Assembly: GCF_011745625.1 (NCBI RefSeq)
Contig: NW_027191466.1
Span: 62,001 to 126,000 of the forward strand
Length of the DNA stretch: 64,000 bases
Source of the DNA: Cladosporium halotolerans
Taxonomy: Eukaryota
Direction of reading: 5' to 3'
The notes under the pieces were generated by a model. The model ran no database searches, had not been told where the DNA came from, and saw nothing but the letters and a program-made list of their open reading frames with translations. How positions within the stretch are numbered: the first letter of the stretch is position 1; the number at the start of each line of letters is the position of its first letter. Position numbers and translations under genes: made by a program. Shown here in pieces: positions 30,901 through 44,171 of this stretch.

Positions 30901-32450
30901 TCAAGCCAAAGCACCCATCGGGTCCCAGAGAGGCAGCACCTTGGGCTCCTGCTTGAGCACATCTCTAACACCCTTCGCAAGCACCGAGGTGTCGACGACA
31001 GCCTGGTAGCAGAACTCGTCCATCCACTTGTCGCTCATGACAAAGTATCCATCAGTTCCCGCAGCATCTGACCAAGAGTTCTCAACCCGCCAACGAACAG
31101 GCTTGTTGTCCTTGTCGAGGTGCACAGCCGTCAGAACCATGGCGTGGGTCATCTGACTCTCACCGGTCAAAAGGCGCTCGGCCTTGCTCATGCCGAGCTT
31201 GACGTTGAAGCCCAGCTCGTAGTCGACAAGGTCAGTGTCCATGATACCCTTGCTAGAATCGGACTGCTGACCAACATCGGAGCCGAAGAAAATCGGCAAG
31301 CCCTTCTTGAGCATAGAGACGCAGGCTTCTTTGAGAACAATGGTGTCGACGTTGATGTAAGAGACAGGGCGGCCGTTCCACACATTGCCGAGGTTGGAAA
31401 CGCTGAGAAGACGCATGTACTCGTTGCGAGGGTCGTTGACCAAGGAGACGAACTTCTCGATTTCAGTGGACTTGGCGAACTCTAGGGGAGTGAGGGAAAC
31501 GTTCTTCAGCTTGTTGTTTCCATCGTAGAATTCCCAGTTGAACTTCTCGTCAGCGGACGGAGGAGGACCAAGGCAAAGGGTGACAATGCGGATGATGTCT
31601 TGCAGCATCGTCTCCTTGGATGCGGTAATGCTCGAGTCTGAGGCTCCGCTGGCCTTCAATTTGCGGAGCTTGAGGCCATCTTCACGCAGCTTGGTAGTTA
31701 GAAGAGAATCCATGGCAGAGCTGGCTTTCGCATTGTATGAGTCGGGGTATAGTGTCTGCGGGACGATGCCGTATCTGTCATTGCTTGTCAGCGATATAAT
31801 CTCGCCATTTGGAATTGTTGTGAAACATACTTCGACACCAGGTTGACAATCATATCCCACTGACCACCATCACCCACCGGGCTGGCGTTCAGCGCGGTGA
31901 ACAGCCTGCCATCCACATCCTCGCCCGCGTTGGCCAGCACAGTTTCCAAGAAGTAGTTCGCCTTCTCCACCTTATCCCAGAAGAACAGATACGACTGGCT
32001 CAGCTCGAACGACTTGATGTTGTGCTTCTGCATAATAGCAATGCGGAAAGTGTTGCATGCGGCGAAGATCCAGCAGCGGCCGGAGCTGCGCTGGTTGGTG
32101 ACAGGCAGACCCTCATGAGGAATGGCCAGGTTGAATGTCTGGGTGTCGTGCAGGATAGCAGACTGCTTCTCGAGAATCGTTCTGATAGGGTTGGTGCTGA
32201 GCGCAGAGAGGCCGAGTTGGTTCTTGGGTTCCTTCAGCAGGCTCTTGACGTACTTCTGCGCCTTGGAGACGGAGACGGTCTCAGAGCCATGGTCAAGAAC
32301 GCGGTCGGAGGGGCCAGCGGAGCGCTTGTCTTCGATTCTCACGGCATCGAACTTTTCGTCCAGTGTGGTGTAGATGTCTGACTCTGGTCTTGCTGTGCGG
32401 CGGACTGGGCGCTGGGTGGGCTGTAGCGGGGTTGACTGCGCACCTCCCAT
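30901..32450 (-). CDS. LAP3: Bleomycin hydrolase / cysteine aminopeptidase (peptidase C1B), intron 31830-31775
   Basis: NQRSSGRCWIF (catalytic Cys), MTHAMV (His), VENSW (Asn), C-terminal WDPMGALA. Confidence 0.95.
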
Positions 32451-32829
32451 GATGGTAGAGAGATCGCGATGTATGGTATAGATTAGATCTAGATGGATCA
32501 GATAAATTGAGAGAGGAGGAAGGTCGAGAAGTGGAACGAGAGCACTACCAGGCTGGCGCGTGGGCTAAGATATGCACTGCCATCATGGTGGTAGGTGTGC
32601 GCGTGAGCTTGAGCACAGACCGCCGCGTTCCGAGGTGGTTGACATGCAGGAGATAGCGCGATAGCGGCAACATCACAAACGGCAGGTCGTTACTCTTGAG
32701 CTAATGGATCGTTTCTGTACTGCAGTTCATGTTTTGATTCAGGAATTCTGCATCGGTATGACACATCACTCATCTATACACGCTCTTTTCGAATTCCGTT
32801 TGTTGTCCTTGCATCTTCCTTTCATCAAT

Positions 32830-34910
32830 CTAGATGTCCTCCTGGTCAAAGTGGCTAACAAACCACTCGCCGGTAGCAGTGTTGTTAGTAACATTCGAGA
32901 CACTGATCTGGCCATCCTTCAGCGACCCAGTCTCCGTCATGCCACCAGCGACGGGGCGCGCGAGCTTGTTCTCGCCGTGCTTGACCGTAAAGTTGGCAAG
33001 CGAGATCTCGTAGGGGTTGCGGGTGACGATCGTGGGGAGGCCGAAGAACTGCGCCCTCGCCTCCTCGTAGTTCAGGTGCAGCTCGAAGTAGCCGCGGTAG
33101 TAGATCTCGCTCCACTGCAGCTCGGGGTTGTGCGTCGTCAGCCAGTTGGAAGCGTTGTTGGCGTTCTGGATCGTGATGTTCTGGCCGTACGGGGACGGGG
33201 AGGAGACGGCGGAACCGGCGAACTCGACGCCGAGGCCTCCGGCGCCGGACGAAGAGGAGTAGTTGGCGTGGTCCAGCCAGACGAGGTCGGAGACCCAGTT
33301 GGCGTGGCTGTCGCCGGAAATGACGATGTTGTTGCCGATGTCGTTCTCGGTTAAGTGCTGGAGCGTACGGTTGCGGTTGGCCTGGTAGCCATCCCAGGCG
33401 TCGTAGTCGAGCGGGTTCACATTGCCGTAGGCGGCGCTTTCGTTGACCTTGCTGAAGACGGTCTGGCTACCGATGATTCTCCAGGCGGCACCGCGCTCGG
33501 CTGAAGAAGAGAGAGAGTTGTAGAACCAGTTCTCCTGGCGGGAGCCCATCATGCTACGGCCTGCATCGTTACTGATCTCGTGGATATAATCGGTGTTCCA
33601 GTAGAGATCCGTGATGGAACGATCGTACTGACGAGTATCCAAAATAATGAGATCAAAGAGCGAGCCGATAGAGAAGCTACGCCAGATGCGGAGGTTGTCG
33701 TCCATCTCCACCTGGCGAATGGGCATCCACCTGATCCACGGTCAGCCAATCAACAGTGAACTTGGGCAAGACAGATGACTTACTCGAAGTATGCGCGAAC
33801 CGCGTTCATCTTACGCTGGTCAACGCTCACGCCGCCATCCTGAACGAATGAAGCCTCGGTGTTGTTGAGCTCTGAGGCGCCGTCGCGGTAGGTGTTGTCA
33901 GAGACCTATGTATCTGTCAGTCATCGGAGAGACATCGACCAAACATCAATGCCAGTAATACCTCATGGTCATCCCAAACGGGAATCCAGGGAAAGCTCGC
34001 GTGGCTGAGCTGCAGATCAAGATCGCTGCGGTAGGTGGCGTGGCGCTCGCGGTAGTCGTTCAAGGTGTAGATGATCCTCTCGGGCTTCGGGATACGGCCG
34101 ATCGAGCCTCCGTAGCCGTAGTCACCGTCACCGGCGTACTCGTAAATGTAGTCACCGCTAAGTTCTGTCAGCAAGTGCAACGATGGCTGTTGATCTGCGC
34201 CCTCCTCACAACGCAGCTATCTTTCGAGCATATACAGAGAATCGAAACACTTACAGGTGAACGACATAGTCGACGCTGTCCTTCCTAGCCGGGTTGCCAT
34301 AGGCGTTGAAGAAGCCGAACGGATAGTTGCTGCAGCTATACACCGCGAGACCGATGTCCGAAACGTGGTCATCCACAGTCGGTGCGGTCTTAGTCTTGCC
34401 AACGGGGCTCGTGTTGTTGCTGTCGCAGACGTTGAATTGGTAGTAGTACCTGGTGAACGGCTGCAGGTTCGTGGCCTCGACTTTGACGGTGTAGTCGATG
34501 TCGCTGCTGGTGTAGGCGCGGCCCTTGCACTGGACGCTGTCGAAGCTCTCTGTTTCCGAGACCTTGTACTCGACACAGACAGGCGCGGTGGAAACCGTGA
34601 GGTTGGGCCCGTGGTTGTAGAGAGGTACCACGCCGCTGACGGTGGAGTTGTCGTCGACGCTGGCGTACTGGGGCGAGATGCGAGTCCACAGAATCACGGA
34701 ATCCGCATAAGGGTCACCGGAAGCAACGCCATGTGTGAAGTTCAATTGTGAAGGAGAGAACTTGGCCGGGGTGTTGCGTTTGTTGACCTTGTGCAGCGAG
34801 ATGCCCAGGCCGGGGTGGTGTTCGGACGGCGAGCGGTAGTTCAAGTTGCTCGTCCAGCTACCTGCAGCGTGGGCCGCGAGGTAAGCGAGAACAAGACTGG
34901 GAACCTTCAT
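32830..34910 (-). CDS. phoD: Secreted PhoD-family alkaline phosphatase, 4 exons
   Basis: Signal peptide; FTHGVASGDP, SCSNY, HL-GDYIYE, WDDHE, LDTRQY, DAWDGY, SGDSH; three GT-AG introns near 34254-34158, 33961-33907, 33783-33731. Confidence 0.93.
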
Positions 34911-35130
34911 GATGCTCTGCTCTTGCAATCCTTGCTCTTTCAATGAGGATTCAATGCAAGGCACAAAAAATAAGCGAACGGAACGAGCGCCTTAGCGATG
35001 GAGGGCAGATCGTCTTCAGCGCAGGACGACGCATAGCTTTTGTACCCTCAACACGACTGACGTCGTCGGAAAACGCCTCATGCCGTCAATAATATTGACG
35101 ACCCATCCTCGGCACCAATTCCACGGTATC

Positions 35131-35300
35131 CACGTTGGCAGCACGTGTTGGCGCACCCAATCACCAGGATGGTATTTGGCATGCTTGAGGAGCTTAGCAA
35201 GCTTATCGACCAGGGACAGGAAGCTTAGCTCTTGGCCTGCCCGACGTGGGATGGCAGCAGCAGGGTAGACAAAGGTTGAACGGATATCGAGCGACACGTG
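35131..35300. promoter_or_regulatory. Pho4/NUC-1/PalcA-type E-boxes upstream of phoD
   Basis: CACGTT 35131-35136, CACGTG 35142-35147, CACGTG 35295-35300. Confidence 0.55.
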
Positions 35301-36005
35301 CAGAGGAGTGCTCAGCCATTGGGTTGTGAAGCGGAAGCATCGGCACTTGCACCATGTTTTGCGGGGCGGGACTTTGATGAAGCTCTGTGATCGGCAGCGT
35401 GGAGAAAGTCTAGGTGCAAAGTCTAGGTACCTTGGGAATGCGAGAAAGAAAGAAATGAATGGGCAATGGGGAATGGAACGCACCATCATGGCTTTGTGGA
35501 CCGATCATAGGCGGTCTTGGTTGAGTAGAAACCTGTCCGAGAACGAAAAAAAGTGAATTGCATTTCCTTGACGACAATAAAACAAACACGGCCAAGTACC
35601 TATCGATAGATGAATCTGACAACATCACTTGCTCTCAAATCGATTGACAGCTCCAAATCCAATGGAATTGACGAAGTGAGCTTAGGACTTGTGGGCTATT
35701 GATATGAAGTCGCAGTCATGATTGATCGATCTTGCAAATACAGTACTTTCAATGGGGAACCGCAGGTAATGTGGCAGAGACCCGGCGGCACGAGCGTAAA
35801 ATCTGCGAGAACGATGCAAGACGCATGGAAGTGTCCTGAACCTCTTTCCAGACATAGTATGTATAGTTTATTGATCTCATTACCGTATATTCTCTATTAT
35901 CCAAGCTCTTGTACGTACAGTCTACTCATCGATCGATAGACATCAATTCGTCACAGAGTCCGAGAACGACTTGACTCCCGCCTTAAAGTTCGTACACTTC
36001 CGATC

Positions 36006-37566
36006 TCAAAGACCAGTACCAGTGAAGTTAGTCTTCGACAAATCCGGATCACCCGGCAGAATGAACGGCTTAACCTGCGGCAGACGGTCAAGCGTATCCT
36101 CGCTGAAACCAAGGTGGTCCTTGACGACCTGCTTGGGCGTGAGACCGAGCCACTGGGCGACGGAAATGTCGTTGTAGACAGGCGCCTGCAGGATTTCTGG
36201 TTCCATTCGTTAGTCACCAAACATCGAAAAGCCATCAGCGGACGGAAACGCCACAGCTTGACATACCGATATAGACCAAGTCCTCATTCCCCGTGTTCTC
36301 CAAATAATGCGCATCCGGCACGGGCACGTAGCCGACGTCGCCGGCCCGGAAGTCGAAGGTCCTGCTCGCCTCGGGCGCGACGTAGACGGTCAGGCGGCCC
36401 TGGCCGCTGATGATGTAGTTCCACTCGTCGCTGGTGGTGTGCCAGTGCAGCTCGCGCATGGCGCCGGGCTTGACGGTGAAGAGGGCGGCGGCGAAGTTGC
36501 TGGCGACGGGGAACGTGGCCGGGTCGAGGATCTTGACGCTGCCGCCGGGGACTTCGAAGGGCTCTTGTTGCGAGAGGTGGTAGCTGTATGTGCCCTGGCG
36601 GGGGATGACGCCGGCTGGGCCGGTGACGTTGGACGCGGAGGTCGAGTTGGGGTAGGGCGTGCCGTTGAAGATGTAGAGTTCGCCGTCGGGGATTTTGTCG
36701 AAGGCGGAGGTGTCGACGCGGAAGTTCTTGGCCAGGACGGACTTGGGGTTGCGCTCGAAGAGCTCGGAGACGAGGAAGGTTTCGTCTTCGCTGAAGGAGC
36801 CGTCGTCGAAGACCAGCAGGAACTCGACGCCGGCGTCGGAGGCTTGGATGGAGTGAGGGACGCCGGCTGGGAAGAACCAAACGTCTCCTGCTTGCAGGTC
36901 GTCGACGAAGGTCTCGCCGGCTTCATTGACAGCGTTGAGACGGACGCTGCCGTTGAGAATCAGTGACCACTCGTTCGCCTTGTGCCAGTGCAACTCGCGA
37001 TAGGCGTTAGGCTCGAGGCGCATGTCGACGCCAGCCATGGCGGAAGCGACAGGGAGTTGCTCGTTGTTCTGCTGACGAGCGTAGCCGGAGCCATCAAGGC
37101 CGTGGCGGTTGTGAGAGAGCCCCAGGGGCCATTTCGCGTTCGGTGCATCCCCAGAATCAGTGCTCGGCGGAACATAGAGCGATGGGTTCTGCTTCTCTAG
37201 CATCCTGTTGCGAGGGCCTGGGTCCGTCGGGTCCCCATCTTGGGGAGTGATAGGTTGCGGGTTCCTTGTATTGGACAGATCGATAGGAAGGCCAAGATCC
37301 GGATCAGCGTCTTGGTTGGTTCCAAGCTCGTAGTCGTCTGGGGAACTCTCAGTCGACTTGACCGACGAAGGGTACGATGAGCGATAGCCAGCTAGGGATT
37401 CTGATCCACGCAGAGAACCAGATGACCCAGGCGGACCAGTCGGAAGCTTTGTGGGTGCAACGACGGCATCAGTACCATCCTGTCTCTTGTGAATCACGGC
37501 CGGGGCTGGAGCTGCGAAGACCTCAGATGCCAGCAATGCTGCTGCTGTTAAGGTCTGGTACCACAT
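36006..37566 (-). CDS. oxdC: Secreted oxalate decarboxylase (bicupin), intron 36266-36197
   Basis: Two Mn-binding cupin motifs RELHWHKANEW and RELHWHTTSDEW; lid SEDET keeps the Glu typical of decarboxylases; signal peptide and KR site. Confidence 0.93.
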
Positions 37567-38848
37567 CGTGAAGATTCAATTTCAAACTGCTGAAAAAACC
37601 CCGGAGGCAAGCTTGATGGACCAGAACGAAGTCAAACCATCGTACCAGGACATATATATAGCCACCTCCTCACACGATCGGACACACCTTGGGACGACCG
37701 ACATGAATCCATATTGCACCCTCTGCACCGGCAACGCACTTATTGCCCTCGACATCGAATAGGGTTCCTGCGGCATGCGCGGATAGCGTGGGATGCCTGC
37801 TCGTAGAGTGAAGAATGACGGTTGTGCGGCAGCCAGGCCTACGTCAGCCCGTTTGATCGATACTGGGAAGCAAAAACTGCCGCGACCTGTGAGGAGGCAT
37901 CTCCAACCAGTCGCTGCCAGTGGTGACCGAGCTATGGAGACGGAGCCGTCTGCGATTGGACCCTTCAGCCCTGCGGACGAACGCTAAAGATGCTACCATG
38001 ACCTCAACGTCTGAGACCTGGTTCCTAGGTGGTAGTGTGCTGCTGTTTGGCTTCGAGCGAGCAATTCCAAAAACGTACGAGACCCATCGTGCACGGTGGT
38101 TGTAGATGTTAAGCTCACCAAGCCTTTCTCCCCGGTGGTGCAAGTGCAGTGGGGCGTGGAGTCGATGGTATGAAGTTGGTTCTGAGTGGTGGTGCCGGAC
38201 GCGCCGGACGGACCGCAATTGCCACAATCCTTCTGTTCGTCCGGGCATTAAGGTATGTAGGGCGACAGAGAGTGGTCGGCCCGTTCGCCGTCGTCGGAAG
38301 AACAAGCTACCGATGTCAGGCACGCCTGTCAAAGCATCAATTGCGCGTCGGGCCCGGTGGACATGCTTTCGGCAGATGGTTTTCTAGGATGAAGAGAGAT
38401 CCGTACCATGGTCGTGCAATATCCCCGCAAGTGAGAGCTCATGTTCTTCTCCAGAAGCGTCATCGGCACTGATGTCGATCCTGCGAATAGCACGTCACGG
38501 GCCTGGGCGACAGGGTTGTTAGGGCGTACCTCCGACGAACTGCACTGCTCGCATACAGAGTACGTGAGTAGGAATTCCATCAGTTCCGAACACCTGCGAG
38601 GTTTAGGCACGTGATCTACACGTGCTTGCCAGGCTTTTAGACAAAATCTCCGCGGTCGTCTCTTCTCATTCGTCTCTCTGAAAATAGACCTAAGTGATGG
38701 TTGTGTGGGCTGGTCGACACTTGATTCGCTCTTCGCTCAAAACAAAGAGACGTTTATGCATATTGGTCTAAAAAGGGCCCATGTATACAGAAAAAAACGA
38801 TGTAGATATACAAAATCCCACAAATACCAAAAGCCATCACTCATCTCC

Positions 38849-39883
38849 CTACGCCTTCTCAAAATTCTTCAGCGCCGGCATAAACCCCATGCCCTTGCCC
38901 GCGTTCTCATCCTTCTCGACCTCCACCTCCTCCCCCTCCAGCACGCCGCCCGCACTGCGCTGCTTGACATGACTCCTCAGCCTGGCCAGAATCTCGCTGT
39001 TCCTCCAGCGCTGCGGCACAGGCCTGTACGCCGGCTTGAAGCGCCCGGCCGTCTGCGCCCACTCGCCCGAGTACGCCTTGTCCTGGCGGAAGACCTCGTC
39101 GAGCGACTGGTTGCCGGGCTGGGCGTCGCCGTGCGGCGAGGGCGCGTCGGCGGGAGCCTTGCCTTGGGCCTCGGGCGAGGCGAGATCGGGCCCCGCGCCC
39201 TCGGCGTAGCCGACGGAGGTCGGGGTCGGCTCTTGCGTGGCCCAGTAGTAGATGTCCCAGTCGTTCTCGTCGAGGAAGGCGTCGTACTGCTGGAGCTGGG
39301 CGGGGGTCATGGAGCCGAGGTGGGCGTCGGCGAAGGTGGAGAGGAGGAGGTCGCTCTCTAGCGTGCCGCGCTTGCGGCTTTGGTCTGCGGAGGGCGAGAT
39401 CAGTCAGCGCTCGGGGGTTCTGGAGCAACGCGAACGGGACGTACAGAGCAGGCGGGCGCGGGTGGTGGCGGCGTCCTCGCCGGAGCGGCGGATGGGCTCG
39501 ACCTTGAAGGTGCCGCCTTCGATTTCACCTACATCGAGCTCGGCGTTGGCGCCGGAGTCCGGGGCGGGCTTCTGCGTGCCGCCCGTCATGCGCTCCGTGT
39601 TCTCGGGCACGGAGTCCTTGGGGGTGAAGGAGGGGTCGACGCTGGTGAGCATCTCGGGCGGGGGGTTGTCCTTGCCGAGGCTGGGCATGTCGTTGGCGAT
39701 GGTGGAGTTGGTGTTGGTGAGGTGGGGGTTCAGCGGCTTCTCGGTCTGCGCCTTGCGGTATTGCTCGGCGGTGTCATTGGCGCGGTGGTTTGTGTCGTTG
39801 AAGCGCGAGGAGGAGGTGGTGAAAGGGCGGAAGCTGCGTGCTGCCAGACGGCTGGAGCGGAGGGCAATGCGTGGTGCGGACAT
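38849..39883 (-). CDS. SDH5: Succinate dehydrogenase assembly factor 2, intron 39444-39385
   Basis: Arg/Ser-rich presequence; spliced [38 protein letters not shown]. Confidence 0.93.
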
Positions 39884-40891
39884 GGTGGGTATCGTGGTGT
39901 TGTGGGGAGATGACAATGCGAGGAGAAAGGGTGTTTTGTGCAGAGCGCAGGAGATAGACGGAAGAGATGCGGTCCTGCGGTCTTGGTCGCAGCGGGCTTT
40001 GGCCCTGAGTTTGGAGAAAGCTCAATCGCGACGTCATCCATTGCAATGCTGCATCGAACGCAGGGTTCACCTCACGTTTCTCCCCATGATCGAGGCATTG
40101 GCCAAGACGATCACACGTGATCCGCTCCCAGTAGATCTTCTAAGTGGGTGGCACATAATTAATCATTACAAGACAGTCGGTGCTGAGCATCTGCAGAGCC
40201 ATGGTCAGGAAGTTCTGGCTACGGCCTGCACTATGATTACGGTTGGGAAGCAGATGAAAAGACAGATCACAGTAGGGAAAAACAATTACATTTCAAGCCC
40301 CCATCTCAATCCTTTGGTCGAACAAGGAAGAGGTGAACTAAAGTAATAAGAGTCAAAAGAACTCGCAAGTTCTCGTAGAACGCCGTTGGTCCATCCAATA
40401 TTTCCCATCCGATCATGAAATAAGCAGCGGCGGCCTGGAAAAGGAACGAGCAGGAATTGTTCCGAGACCGCACGCTTTTTGTCAACAAAGCAAAAAACTG
40501 AGAGGACCTCCGCCCGAGGCCTCATAAGCCTCTCTGGGGTGTCCGCAAACTTGGAAATCAAGGAAAGAAACACCGGTATGTACACGCTTGCTTCGCGGCC
40601 CCGATGCGGGTGCTGTATCGTCTTTGCGCCTTTTTTCTTCCCTTCTGTTTCTGGCCAAGGTCTGTCTTGTCTCCTCACAACCAATTGTTAGATTTGACAG
40701 GCGACTGGCGGTCATAGTACATTGAGACCACGCGATCAAGTTCGTCGCTGCTGAGGTCCTTTTCTGCCCGGAACCCAGGATGCTGAGGATCAGGATTTGC
40801 CACCCTCAGAATCCGTGGCACATCCTCGTAAGGGGGCAGTGGAGGCGCTTGCATGGAGAGAATCTCCTTCTCGTAAGACTCCGCGAGCGCT

Positions 40892-43196
40892 CTAGTCGTA
40901 TCCGGCGCCACGTTGCCACGGACTGGGGTTACCTCCTTGGCCACGAAAAGCCTGGTCGTAAGGGCTGGCGGTGCGGTTGTTGTAACTAGGGGGAGCGTGT
41001 CGCCCTTGTGCTTGGTCACCCATGCCGGCGCCAGAAGTGCTGATTGGTGACCGAGGGGCGTCCATGTAGGAAGTCCGTTGTTGGTAGGCAGGGTTGTATG
41101 CTGTCTGTTGCTGGGGAACGCGGTCGCTGCTTCCGCCAGACCAGGAATCATCGTCGTCCTCGATACGGGCGCCGCCCTTGCCGTAACCCTTGTGGTCTCC
41201 ACGAGCGGTGGCACCAAGGGCATCCAGCTCAGTGTTCAGGTTGGACTGCGACTTGATGAAGCTGCCGCGGTCGTCGCGCATAGGCTGGTAACGAGTATCG
41301 GGGTTCTTGGCGGAGACGGCAATGATAGACGCAACGAGAACGATGATGATCAGAATCAGGGAGAAGACGGCGTTGTAAACAAAGAAAATGACGCCCATGA
41401 CACCGGTTACGAGGCCCTGCATTCATCGTTAGCTTTGAAATACGCGTTTGGGTGACGAAAGATGCTTACCGGCTGGTTGAAAACCTCAGTGAAGACAAGC
41501 AGGAAGATGGCGTTCAAGAAGTTGATGACAACAATCGAGATGTTGAAAGCATTCATCTTCTTGTCCATGTACGGGCGCATGATGCAGACACCGATCAGGT
41601 ACAGAGCCTCGATGATGACAAGACCAATAGCTTGGGCGACTCCATTCTCCTGTCCAAGAGCGACGAACATTCCTTTGACGAGAACGTAGACCAGGACGGG
41701 CACGATGAAGTAGTAGGCGGTGGCCTTGAACTGAACGTAGAGGAAGCCCCACTTGTTAAGCGAGACAGGATCCGAGTAGAGGATGTAGGCCGGGTTCTTG
41801 TGCATGGAGATACTCCTGCGTGCGAGGCGAATGACCTTGGCGGAGGCCCAGGCCAGGATGGCGATCATGGTGAAGACGGTGAAAACGGCCAGAGCGACAA
41901 TCGCAGCCGAGTCGCGCTGAGTGAATTGCCAGAAGCAGAGCACAACCATTTGCGGGAAACCGATGAGGATGACACGGAACATGATGCCCTTGAGGACAGT
42001 GTTCCAGCCGTTGCGGAAGTCCTTGAACTTGTCGCCCTGCATGCGGCCCATCCTGGTAAGACCTTCGCAGATGCCCTTGAAGATTAGTACGCCGAGTACG
42101 ACGAACATGACGAAGACCAGGAAGAAAATGTAGCCAGTCATGAAAATGTTGGTCTCCTCGATGCCAGCACGGAATCCGACACGATCGATGCCCTTAACAA
42201 CGACGGTGTTGGACGAGTCGACGTAGTTGGCGCCAGCAGCGTTCGTGCGAGGTGCCAGAACCTTGGTTCTGAAGCTCTCGACAGCGTAAGCCATGGCAGC
42301 GGAAGCGCCATCGAGAGCACGCTTTTGCACTTGGACAGATTGTGTTCCGCGGTTGGACAGGATCGTGGAGGGAGTGCCACCAGTGGCGCGCTGGTACCAA
42401 GTCGCAATATCCTGGATGAAGCCGATGCGAATGATACCCATGCTCCACTGGAAGTTCTGAGTCCACGAAGCGACAATGGGTGGCAGAGAGACCGCAGTAA
42501 GACCGATGAAAGCCTGAGCCTGGAAGTAGCCGAAGAGTGCCATCGTGTTGGCGGCAACGTGAGCAGCAGTATTTGAGTGTCCGAGGCCTGAAGTGACGGC
42601 TGATGAGACGAGCGCAAGGCCAGATATGACGGCTACTGTCCACGCGACTCCCTTTTGATTTACGGTTTTACCGTTTGACAGTTCGGCTTCGACGCATGCT
42701 ACAGATTTTCCAGTGTCTGTGTTGTTGAAGTAGATTTGAATCTTCGCGTCGAGATCAGGAACAGTGTAGGTGATGCCTAGAAGAGGTCAGTTGATTCGGT
42801 GGCAAGGATTGCATACGGGCCAGACGAACCTGGTACTTCCTTGAGCGCCTCCTTGGGCACGTCAAAGTTACTCCTGAGATCGATGGGAGCCTCCTGCATA
42901 GGACACAGACCGAGGAGATCGGAGTCGCAAGGGTTGATGCTCTTTTGGTATGCTAGGAATCCGTATGCGTAGACAAAGGCCTCGATCGTGATGTTGCCCT
43001 CGACGGTGCTGACACCGGTGACGTTGAAGCGGAGTTTTCCATCGTCGGGAGTGAACAGGACGTCGAACAAGTTGGCGCTGAAGCTGCTGTTCTGCTGGCA
43101 CTGGGCGAGCGACTGCGACAAGAGTTTGCGCTCGGCGGAGGCGAAGGAGGTAAGCGCGAGCAGCGCAGATATTAATGTAGTGAAGGCGAACCGCAT
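40892..43196 (-). CDS. FLC/Pkd2-family TRP-like membrane channel (ML-like N-domain), introns 42829-42777 and 41469-41417
   Basis: Signal peptide, ML-like domain (GITYTVPDLDA), LFGYFQAQA, WTQNFQWSMG, LNKWGFLYVQF, YQPMRDDRGSF, terminal SPWQRGAGYD. Confidence 0.92.
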
Positions 43197-44145
43197 GGCG
43201 GATGTGGCCGAATCGTCGTCGGCGGCGTTATATGATTATGGTGGAGAATCAGGAGATGGCGACAGGCGGCGGAGGCACTGTCGGCGGTGGAAGCGTGGGC
43301 ACCGGGCGACTGAACGGTGGATGTGGTCGATGCGACCGCGGTGAGACAGCGGGCGTCAGAGGAGGCCAGGTGACGGCTGTGTTGTGGTGGCGCGGCCGGA
43401 GTAGGTGTGCTCGGCAGCCAACGGGCGAACGCGGTGGGGGTTGGCGAAGGGTGGTGTTAACGAGAGTCGGTGGGTAGGCGGGAAATGGATGATGATGATG
43501 CTGGGAGTGACGACGGGCGGCTGGGTGGTCGCAGGGACGACTGGGAGGAGGCCGGACAGCGCCTGCAGCGACGGCTGGCGGGCGGGTGGGCGAGCTGACG
43601 GGCAGGCGAGCCAAGTTTGGGCGCTGGCGTGTCAAACAGGGTCTGGCTGCGCAATCGTCCTCGGGCGTTGCGGGTACGATCGGCGCGGCGGCTGGGAGGC
43701 TGCACGCGGTGTCCGGGAGGGGGGTATTTTAGGAAACAACGAGTGACAACGGGGAGGAGGAAGTGAAGGTAAGTGAGGTGAAGTGAAGTGAAGTGAAGTG
43801 AGAACAGGAGGAGAACGGAAGGGTGCTGGTGAGGGTGACAGCAGGAGGCCAGCGTGGGTGCAAGAGGTGAAGGTCGCTGGCGGCGGCGCGGGCGGAGAAT
43901 GCGAGGGGCGTCGTGCGTGGTGCGCGTTCGAGGCAGTGCAACGGATCAGGAGAGCCTTCCTTGGCGCCGGCGCGGGCGCGCGTTCCTGCCTACGGCTGTG
44001 GGGGATCCTGGAGAGCGCCATGCGCCCCATTGTTGTTTGCCCATTCCAGCGCTGTGAGCCGCCCAAGGGCGCGTCATGTGACCGGGAACACGTGTACAGC
44101 GCTGGCATTGCGCTGCTCTTCTACTGCTGCTGCCGTCACCACCGC

Positions 44146-44171
44146 GCCAGCCAGCCAGCCAGCCAGCCAGC
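44146..44171 (+). repeat. (GCCA)n microsatellite in the FLC upstream region
   Basis: gccagccagccagccagccagccagc. Confidence 0.8.

Noticed and set aside
29100..31000. Cryptic PTS1 by stop-codon readthrough in LEU2 or LAP3 (oxdC also checked)
   Set aside because: No TGA-CTA context, and the readthrough extensions do not end in SKL-like tripeptides
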